DNA of 64,000 nucleotides from a virus (Duplodnaviria > Caudoviricetes), in IMG/VR virus record IMGVR_UViG_3300050121_000298, positions 615 through 64,614 of that record; one strand, given 5' to 3'. The notes below the pieces were generated by a model. The model was not told the origin of the DNA, searched no databases, and worked only from the letters and a program-made list of their open reading frames with translations. A program made the position numbers and the translations under genes. Shown piece by piece: positions 47,829 to 56,900 of the stretch (the first letter of the stretch is position 1; every line of letters begins with the position of its first letter).

Positions 47829-50447
47829 TTATTGATTATTAGCAACTCTATCGTGTAGTGCCGTTAATTTTTGTTCAAGTTCACGTAAGGTATCTCTGTT
47901 AATATTGGTAATCGCAAATGACTCTTCCCCCGGAACATCTTTTCCGTTTTTATTTCTATAGGTATAGTTTATGGTCATTCCAGATCCTCCTATACTTCTT
48001 GATATAGAACCACGAAGTCCCATTGCATCATTCCATTCTTTAGGAAAAGAGACATCGGCATTAGGATTATGTACAAAAGGTTCCAACATGTTTAGACTGT
48101 GAGGAGCAAAGGTGTTTTTCTGAATAATACCTTTCATGTCAGGTGCTATAGTCTGCATCTTATCATAAGGCATCGTCACTGTTACCACCTGTTGTGATAA
48201 CTTTTTATTTACAGAGAGTTTTCCAAAAGACTTACTTCGGGGATCCATCTTGAAAGTTGCTGTTATAGAGTTTGTAGTAGGGTTAAAACTCATTGTAGCG
48301 TTGTTACCATATAATTCAGCAAGAGCTTCGGGGTTAAGGTCCTGATAACTGAGAACATTACTCTTACCATCTACGGTCATAGTGGTGTGATTATTACCAT
48401 TTAGCATTTCTCTCATCTGACTACCCGAGATGTTACTTTTAGAAACAACATCACCTGATTGTGACGTCTGATCCTGATAGGTCTGAGAAGATAAGATATT
48501 CATCTGTTTCTTTTGATCAGTAGAGAGTTCTGATGTTAAAGAATAAGTCTTCTTACCATCTATAGTCCCTGCGTATGACACCTGATCAGATTTAATGATA
48601 CCACTCTCCAAGGCACTTCCGATAACACGTTGCTGATCAGAAAAAGCTGCATAGTTCTCATTCATGGCACCTTTTATGGCAGCTATTTTGTTGTAGTAGT
48701 CCTTTGACATAGGACCAGAGACACCACCGGGTAGTCTCTTCTGCATATCGTTATAGTGGTGAAGCATGGCTAAAGAAATACCATATAGGGTCATAGAGGC
48801 CATCTCTTTACTCTGAGGTATTTCTGACTTATTACCACTATTGATGTTCTTGTTTAACTCTTCCAATAAGGTCATGTCATTTGCCGTATATTTTACGGTC
48901 TCTCCATTGGCATGACTGTTGAGTTTGTTAATCAAAGAATTATAATGACCAGCTGTATTAGGAAATACTGCGTTAGCGATACCTCCTGGATTAATAATCT
49001 TACCCGAAGAGTCTTTAGTCTGAGACTCCCAGGTATTAGATACTACATCACTACGAGAACTTTTCTGAAGATTCTCCGTCACATCATTAGCATACAACCG
49101 CTGTGTAGGTGTATTGATACCTGTAACCGTATTTGAGGGTCCTTTATCTTTACCTTCTACACGAAGCGTTTCGAGATCATACTGATGCTTTGTGAAGTCA
49201 CGTTTGTCATCAATAGCAGCCTGTTGATTCATCTTTCTGGACTCTATGCCGGCAGAGATATTGAGACGTTGTATCTGATATTGGTTCTCTATTTTCTTTA
49301 ATCCATACTCATCGTCTTTGATATCGGTACTGGCTGTGTCCATGGCACGATTTGTCCCCCATGCAGAGGCTGTACTTTTCTTAACCTGTTCAAAAAGTCT
49401 GGAAGGAATATTTAGTCCAAACACTTGTGAAGGAGTGTTTATATTTGTGACAGTCTGAGTCTTTAACTTGGCTAGATAGTCACCATACAGACCTAACTGT
49501 GTAGTATAGGCGTCATGCGCCTGTTGTATAGATACTTTATCTTTCGGTATTCCATTATGATAATTTTTCATAAGGGCAGCATCGGCAGTAGTGAGACTGG
49601 TGATTTCTTTCTGCGTATTGGCTACTTCGTTTAATGTCTCGTCGATGGTACTTTTCTTTTCATTATCACCTAGACTAGTTATAGCCTGATCACGAGAGAG
49701 CCCTGTTTCCATAACACCTCTGATCATCTTTTCAGACCTCACATCTGCCATGACCTGAAATTGCTTATCAAAACGAGTACCCATAGCATTAGCAGCCCAA
49801 CTACTAAATGCAGGGACAGCCAGTTTACCATTAGTTTGTTTTAAGATATACATTCCATTACTGGAAGAATTCTCAATCTTAAGACCATCGGCATTAGCTG
49901 CTTTATCCAGATAGGCATGTACATCTTCAAAGGGAACAAATTCATGAGGACTTACTCTTAAGATAGACCTGTCACCACGTTTTGCATCCCGCATCTGTGC
50001 CCTACCCATCTGAATATACTCCTGTGAGACAGGACTAGCCAAGGCACGTTTGTCGGCATCAGGACTGGAAGCATAACTGTCATATTCCTGTTGTGCCTGG
50101 TCATGTGCTTTGGTCACCTGCATGTCACGCATCATCTCTTTGTCTTGTAACAGAGGATTGAACATATCGTGAGCATATTGTACGTTCTCAGACCGGGAGA
50201 GATCCATAGTGCTTAAAGACTTCAAGTCACCGTTGATCTTGTTAAAGGCACCCTTTCTGAATTCAGCATTGCCGGTGTTCTCGATACGGGAATTGAGAAG
50301 CGAACTATTCAGAGAGTTCATGGCTTCAAAACCACGATCATACTGATTCTGTCTATTACTTAAAGCCTTAGATAGAAAAGAGTAATCAGGAGAGAACTCT
50401 GGTTGATTGGGGAAATTATCTGTGATGCCTGGTTGATATGTTGCCAT
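47829..50447 (-). CDS. Virion cargo/structural protein
   Basis: 872 aa in the cargo cluster; MATY.PG...F.PDYSFL..AL..RQ.QYD start. Confidence 0.65.
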   Translation of the reverse strand: MATYQPGITDNFPNQPEFSPDYSFLSKALSNRQNQYDRGFEAMNSLNSSLLNSRIENTGNAEFRKGAFNKINGDLKSLSTMDLSRSENVQYAHDMFNPLLQDKEMMRDMQVTKAHDQAQQEYDSYASSPDADKRALASPVSQEYIQMGRAQMRDAKRGDRSILRVSPHEFVPFEDVHAYLDKAANADGLKIENSSSNGMYILKQTNGKLAVPAFSSWAANAMGTRFDKQFQVMADVRSEKMIRGVMETGLSRDQAITSLGDNEKKSTIDETLNEVANTQKEITSLTTADAALMKNYHNGIPKDKVSIQQAHDAYTTQLGLYGDYLAKLKTQTVTNINTPSQVFGLNIPSRLFEQVKKSTASAWGTNRAMDTASTDIKDDEYGLKKIENQYQIQRLNISAGIESRKMNQQAAIDDKRDFTKHQYDLETLRVEGKDKGPSNTVTGINTPTQRLYANDVTENLQKSSRSDVVSNTWESQTKDSSGKIINPGGIANAVFPNTAGHYNSLINKLNSHANGETVKYTANDMTLLEELNKNINSGNKSEIPQSKEMASMTLYGISLAMLHHYNDMQKRLPGGVSGPMSKDYYNKIAAIKGAMNENYAAFSDQQRVIGSALESGIIKSDQVSYAGTIDGKKTYSLTSELSTDQKKQMNILSSQTYQDQTSQSGDVVSKSNISGSQMREMLNGNNHTTMTVDGKSNVLSYQDLNPEALAELYGNNATMSFNPTTNSITATFKMDPRSKSFGKLSVNKKLSQQVVTVTMPYDKMQTIAPDMKGIIQKNTFAPHSLNMLEPFVHNPNADVSFPKEWNDAMGLRGSISRSIGGSGMTINYTYRNKNGKDVPGEESFAITNINRDTLRELEQKLTALHDRVANNQ

Positions 50448-50449
50448 GA

Positions 50450-53206
50450 TTAGTCTCCATTATTTATTAGTCCTCTTGCGAACATCGCTCTCATTGTCTC
50501 TGGATCTTGCATATCCTTGGTAACACCTTGATTTTTTAGCACTCCCAAACCAAAGTTTATCAGTCCTTTACTTATATCATCTGTAGTAGCTCCTTGTTCT
50601 CTCCACATCTTTGTCAAAATAGGATTCATGTTTTTGATATAAGCATAAGGATCTCCTCCTTGTGAACCAGACGATTCATATGAATTTCCCATGATTTTAC
50701 CTTTACCAGTAAATCCAATCTCGCCAGTCATCCTGTCTACATTGATCTGAGGGGTAACAGACTCTAACCAATCGGTCTTCATCTTGTTGTTTACACCATC
50801 CATCCAGTTCTTTAGGTTACGATTTTTAAGTGTCTCCTGTGCATTATCGGTCTGTTGGTTAAGTACGGCCATCTCATCATCGTATCGTTTACGCAACTCC
50901 ACATTACGAGAAGTACCCTGTTCAGAGAGTTGTGCATTAGTTCCATTTACCTGATTGACGATGCCTACATTGGCATTTTCTACACTGGCAATGTCGTTAC
51001 TTACCTGAGAAGCCGTCTGTCCTGCCACTGCGGAGAGAGTACCACGTGCGGCCTGGCCATCATAACCATTCATTACGGCATCAGTCTCTTTGTTGTATTG
51101 TTCTTGCTGTGCAGCTATTCGCCTTGAAGGGTCAAGTAATGAATAATCTTCTTGTGTGATAGGAAGTTGATAAAGAGAAGGTTCGTACTTGTGAACTCTG
51201 TCGGTAAGACCTACAGCAGTCTTGGCCACATCTTGTGCCCACCATCCACCACCATGAATATTATCATTCTGCACCGGTGCAACACTCTTTGGTTCTACTA
51301 CAGTTTTATCTACGGTAGGAGTTACAGTGTCCTTTATAGGAACTACCGGTACATCACCTGGTTTATTAAAACTAGGTGCTGCATAAGTGTACTGTCCAAA
51401 CTTGCCATCATGAGCGTATGCCGAATGAACATCCCCTGTAAAATACTTTTTACCGGTTACTGCTTGAGCCCTGGCATCTATTTTATCCTGAAACCAATTA
51501 GTAGCATTACCGGATGTTGAAGGATTTTTTATGTCTTTTATAAAGGCATTGATACCTATACCGGAAGCAGATTTATATTCTTTATTGATCCAGTCCCCAT
51601 GACGACGGGCAAAGTCTCCAAAATTAAGAGTGTTCTTGTCAGAGGTATAATAACCAGTTCCATTCTGATGTTGATCTCCAAAGGTCTTAAAGTCAGAAGT
51701 GGTATTCATATCAGTATACCCTGCTTCTTTTTGTTTCCTAAGATACTCCTGACTATCAGGATTTCCCGTTTGAGTAAACGGTCCACCACCAGCAAATTCT
51801 TGTATATCACCTCCTAATTCTTTTTGTCCCACGACTATATATTTATTATAGTCTTCATTATCTACAGGTTGGGTAGTAGAAGGAGTAACAGTAGTATTCT
51901 GCGCATTTACAGTGACAGGACGTGATTGAGTATTTTGTTGACCAGATACGGATTGTTTCTGTTGTACTGGTGCACTTGTACCATATTTTTCGGTATCATT
52001 AATCCAAGAAGTATGAAAAGTACCATTAGGATCACCATCTCTCATGGTTTTAATATTCTTTGGATCTAATTGACTTTTCTTACCTGTAGAATCACTAACC
52101 AATATTTGACCTGTGTTATCATAGTTTGTAGATAACACTAAATATTTCTGATCAGCATATGTCAGTTTATCTTTTGGTTTTAAAGTCATATCAGAAATCC
52201 TAATAGGTTGTTCCGAAGGATTATATGTAGTATAATTTACTGCTTCCTTACCTGGAGCTGCCTGATCTCCAACTAAACCATAACCTGATCTGGCTGGAAT
52301 GTATGCCCTTTCTTCTTTCCTTGATACACTTTTATTGTTTAACAAACTATTCCATTCATCTACAGTAAAACTATTATGGTCAGAGGTTTCGATAATACTT
52401 TTGTTTCCATTTATCAAACCTAGTTTGTTTATTCTTGAAATAGTTACAGGTTTTCCGTTAGCGTAGATAACTGTTCCAACTGAAGGAAATGGAGACTTTC
52501 CTTGAGAACTTCCTACTTGTGTAGGACTCTGTGGAGTACCTGTTTGATTTATCTTACCTGTAGGAGGATCATTGGGATTGCCACCTTCTCCAAATTTAAT
52601 GAGTCCTCCGAGTGCAGCCTGTTCCATGTCATCAGGAGAGGCCGACTGTGCAATGGCAGGAGTACCATTAGGATATCCCTTCATGCTTTCTTGATAGTCA
52701 GCCAGTTCGGCAAGTTTCTTCGTGTTGTTATCGAGCATCAACTGAGCCGTGCGTTTTGCTATCGGGTCAGCATTAGGGTCTTTTAATATCTCTATGTGTG
52801 AGTTGATGTCATATTGTTTTGCGAGTTCTGCTGGAGTGAGTCCTTTTTTAGAGGTTCCTTTACCGAAATGTTCTAGTACCGCTTTGTCTGTGATCAAAAG
52901 GTTATTAGGTCCTTTCTCTTTATCAGAGAAAATAAAAGATCCTTTTGGAGCTGCAAGTGGAGTACCACCTTGAGCGTGTTTCTCTCCACCGATAGAGAAG
53001 TGATCCATATAGCCGTCATTGTTGTAGTCGCCTATGATAGACTCCCCTTTCTCTGCTTCTATGGTAGCCTGATCACGGGGGACTGCACTAATGCTTTGTC
53101 CCACGTTTCCAGTGTCTTGAGTATCTGGTCTAGTACTCTTGTTATATAAAGAGTAGCCGTTCTGACTACCAAAAGAGGGTGCTGCTTTTTTAATACGTAC
53201 CTTCAT
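50450..53206 (-). CDS. Virion cargo protein with xxGG motifs
   Basis: IEAEKGE, GEKHAQGGTPL and FIFSD motifs seen in crAss-like cargo proteins; repeated [FL]xxGG-type motifs. Confidence 0.7.
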   Translation of the reverse strand: MKVRIKKAAPSFGSQNGYSLYNKSTRPDTQDTGNVGQSISAVPRDQATIEAEKGESIIGDYNNDGYMDHFSIGGEKHAQGGTPLAAPKGSFIFSDKEKGPNNLLITDKAVLEHFGKGTSKKGLTPAELAKQYDINSHIEILKDPNADPIAKRTAQLMLDNNTKKLAELADYQESMKGYPNGTPAIAQSASPDDMEQAALGGLIKFGEGGNPNDPPTGKINQTGTPQSPTQVGSSQGKSPFPSVGTVIYANGKPVTISRINKLGLINGNKSIIETSDHNSFTVDEWNSLLNNKSVSRKEERAYIPARSGYGLVGDQAAPGKEAVNYTTYNPSEQPIRISDMTLKPKDKLTYADQKYLVLSTNYDNTGQILVSDSTGKKSQLDPKNIKTMRDGDPNGTFHTSWINDTEKYGTSAPVQQKQSVSGQQNTQSRPVTVNAQNTTVTPSTTQPVDNEDYNKYIVVGQKELGGDIQEFAGGGPFTQTGNPDSQEYLRKQKEAGYTDMNTTSDFKTFGDQHQNGTGYYTSDKNTLNFGDFARRHGDWINKEYKSASGIGINAFIKDIKNPSTSGNATNWFQDKIDARAQAVTGKKYFTGDVHSAYAHDGKFGQYTYAAPSFNKPGDVPVVPIKDTVTPTVDKTVVEPKSVAPVQNDNIHGGGWWAQDVAKTAVGLTDRVHKYEPSLYQLPITQEDYSLLDPSRRIAAQQEQYNKETDAVMNGYDGQAARGTLSAVAGQTASQVSNDIASVENANVGIVNQVNGTNAQLSEQGTSRNVELRKRYDDEMAVLNQQTDNAQETLKNRNLKNWMDGVNNKMKTDWLESVTPQINVDRMTGEIGFTGKGKIMGNSYESSGSQGGDPYAYIKNMNPILTKMWREQGATTDDISKGLINFGLGVLKNQGVTKDMQDPETMRAMFARGLINNGD

Positions 53207-53287
53207 AACTTTCTAAAGGTTAAATGTTACAAGTCTATAGTTATAGAGTTTCCCCTACTTAAATTTACAAAATTTATTTGATATTAC

Positions 53288-53911
53288 CTACAGATAATCA
53301 ACTTCTCCACCTGCTTGGAGAAACTGTTTGAGTTCTCCATCATTCATCTCATACTCGCCACCGTCTTTATATTGGAAGTTGTTACCTGAATTCTGTGCAT
53401 ACGTCATCTTACCCGGTTGGAAGTTTTGTCCCTGACCACGGTTGGTAGTATAGTCACCATACGGGTTTTCATTGATAGGATACTGATCATAGGTAACATC
53501 GGTGTTACCGTTACGTTGCATCATGTCGTTGTAGGCCTGTTCGTTATTATGATCCCCTTTGATCTTACCCAATATTCCTATTCCACCAATGATCTCATTT
53601 GCCATTAAGGTACCATCTTGTGGTAGTCCTGATGATTTCTCTATAGAAGGAGATAACTTTGGATCCACTGGAAGACCTATTGCCTTTGCAGCGATACGGT
53701 TTAGATCAGTTACTGGTTTTGCATAAGGATTGTTGAGATTGTTGACCGGCATCTTCAAACCTTGTTTCACCGTCATCGGTTGCAGTCTCTTTTCCAGATA
53801 AGGATCAAAAGTAGAAGGTTGACCAAACTGATACGGTTTCTTCTCAGAGTGATCCAGTAGACCATCTGTTAAATACCATGGTAGTTGACTATCATCAAAA
53901 AAATTATTCAT
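53288..53911 (-). CDS. Small virion protein
   Basis: Follows the muzzle gene with 1-bp overlap; ends YKDGGEYEM...LQAGGEVDYL. Confidence 0.65.
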   Translation of the reverse strand: MNNFFDDSQLPWYLTDGLLDHSEKKPYQFGQPSTFDPYLEKRLQPMTVKQGLKMPVNNLNNPYAKPVTDLNRIAAKAIGLPVDPKLSPSIEKSSGLPQDGTLMANEIIGGIGILGKIKGDHNNEQAYNDMMQRNGNTDVTYDQYPINENPYGDYTTNRGQGQNFQPGKMTYAQNSGNNFQYKDGGEYEMNDGELKQFLQAGGEVDYL

Positions 53912-56900
53912 TATCTAGGACTTTGTAATTGTTTCGTAACAAACATTTTCAGTAACATCTTAACGTTGTTACTGACTGTCTTCCTGAGCCATACAAAGTT
54001 CGTATAGTGACGGAACTTCTTACGCTGCGAGACAGGTTTCTTATAGTTGATGAATCTAGGGTTGATCGTCTTAGTGTATCCGTTCTCATCTGTGTTCCAC
54101 ATCGGGAAAGTATTGGGGACGAACTCACCATAGTTCTCAGAGATGTCATCGAACTGATTGAAGCGATACTTTTCCTCTTCTAAAGAATACAGGATGTCTG
54201 TCCCGTTGACGTCAGAGGATTTAGTCAGCATCTTACCTGGTAAATTTTTAGGCTTACAGGATAGTCTGAGAACACCTGAGTTCTGTATAGTGTTATAGAT
54301 GATACTCCTATCAAAATTATAGTCAGGCACGATCATCTTATCGCGACCTTCGTTTTTGTAGATGAAGTTCTCAAGCATGTATTCCACACTTCTCAGTGTG
54401 TTGATGTCTAGTCCTGTCCCTGAAGGTATCTCTACCTCGAAAGGATAGTCTTTACCATAGAAGTTACAGAACAAGTCTGTACGGACATTGTGTCTCCACA
54501 GTTTGTTGTCTTTGATCGTGATGAAGTGTGCAGGTGAATGCATCACCAGTCCCGGAACCCAGTCATGATATGCCAGCCACATAGAACTCTTTGCATCGTA
54601 ACTTACGGTCCAACTACAGTCTTGGAAATAAACAGGATCTCCCAGTTCTACTTTCAGGTTATCATGATGAACCGTGATAGGTTTAGGATGAAAAGTGGTG
54701 ATGATAGGATCTTGTGGAACATAGGTGATAATAGGATCCTGTGGTGTAACCACGACAATGGGATCTTGCGGGATATAAATAGTTACAGGATCACCTTGAT
54801 CTATAGTAACAATAGGAGCATCACTTTGGACACGTGAACAGGAAGGAGCAGTACAGTCAGCATTTACCGACTGCGTATATCCTGTAGGACAGGTGTATTC
54901 TGTAACCCCTATCTCTGTCTGGCCACGGGTAGTAAACAACACTGTGAGATCTGCATAAGAAGTAGCTGCAGCAATCTCCAAGGCTGTGTTGTCATATATC
55001 TCGGCTGCAAAACAAGCCACAAGTCCCTCATTGTAACCCTCTACTTTTAACAGGTGTGACCCTGCAGAGAGTAGTACCGGATAGATGTGAAGCATCTTAA
55101 AGGTGATCGTGGTATCAGAAGAGGAGTGATTGGCTTGCATAGCCAGAGAATCAGAGCTAAACAGTAAACTACCATCCAAGGTGACACGAAATCTATTATC
55201 TGCTGCCAGAGCTATATATACCGTTTTCTCTTCGGCCAAACAGATAGAGGTAGTAAAACCTATCCATGTTAGGTCAGGGGCATCTACACCCCATATTGAG
55301 AGACGATTAACAGGTCCATTATCTTCTCCACTTTTCCAAAAGAGATTCGTAGGATTGATCATCACATAATCACCAGTTCCGTTTGACAGATACGTGTTAT
55401 AGATAGCAGTACCGTAAGTTCCGTAAGCGGAAAATTTAACAGCCATCACAGTAGTTTTGGTGGCCTCGGACGTAGGATCAGAATACATTGTCTTTACACA
55501 CATGTCATCCTTCAACTCGTAACCTGAATTACATGAGAGTACATTAAAGGGATTTGGGTAAGTAATCTCTTCTATTGGAGGTACTTCTATGGTAGTAATA
55601 ACATCAGCAACCGGGGTAACAACCTTCTTATTGGGACGAGTTACTTTGGTAATGATATCTGCAGGTTGTATGATAGTGTCAGGATCAGACGTCTTGATAT
55701 AGAACCCGATCTCAGGGTCATAGAGAACACCAGGTTTAACCTTGAAGTCACGTTTGGAGAAATATACAATATCATATGTAGGATCGTATACCGTCTGACA
55801 ACCAACACCCATGACAGGATTATCGGGATATTTGTAGTCCGGGAACTGAGTAAGTAACCTACTGGGTAGATACTTCTCAAACCAGTACTTCATACCCTGT
55901 TCACTGATGTCTTTGAAACCACCTTGAAACTGAAATATCTTCTTATTCTCCTGAGAGATGTAGAATAGACCCATAGGAGTATTGACGGCACTAAACTTAC
56001 TCTGACAACTGCCTACATGAAATTCTTCTTCGGCATTAGAGAGTGACTGCAGGGACTGTTGAAAGAGTCCACCGTCACCGATAGTGATCTTGGTACCTGC
56101 ATCTGTCTTTAAGGTATCATTGCCTATGAAAGACATAGGGTCTTCTTTCTCAAATAAGATGATAGCGCCACCACTGGGTAAGGACTTCATAGAAGTAACT
56201 ATCCCTTTGAAGTCAAAGTAGTTATTAGCCAGGTAAATCTTCCAGTTGTCTTTACGCAGTCCGGCCACCTGTCTAAGTGAGTACACGGCACGTGTAGGAA
56301 AATACGACTGAAACGACTTAGGGTCGGCAGGGTCGAAATATTTAGGAAGTGGTGTGGCGAAAGAGATGTAGTTACTAAAGAGTTTACTGATACTCAGACT
56401 CTCGTCATATTTACAGTAGTTTCCTCTGGTGATTAGGTCACTGCGAAACATCATAGAGATGTCTCTGTTGTTATCTGCATAGTGTTTCTGATACTGTTCC
56501 AGACCCTGCTCACGGAAAGCCAGGTTCATGTCACTCTCGACAAAGAAATCCCGTACCCCGTTACAGGTAAGGTAGAAGTAAGCATTCTTGACAAAGAAGA
56601 GTCCCGAGTTGCTACCCCTGTCAAAGTGATGCATGTTGGCAGGACTGTTGATAGAGATAGGACTCTTAAGAGAGAACTTTAGTTTTATACTCAGATCTCC
56701 CATGTCGAACTTGTCTAAGTCCGCCCAGTATCTAGGGTATGGACCGTTGATATAGTTCTTGTAGTTGAACTCTGTGTCGTCTACCTCTCCCGAAAGCCAT
56801 GTGTTAAAGAACATATAAGGGTTCTTCTCGGTATAACGGTTGATGTAAACGTCACCACCAAAGAGAGTTCCAGTAGAATATAGTTTCGTGTCGGGGTTGG

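Noticed and set aside
47829-53911. One of these ORFs as portal or major capsid protein
   Set aside because: Low-complexity Q/N/G-rich helical sequences in the cargo position; no portal or HK97-fold motifs recognised, though an HMM search should confirm
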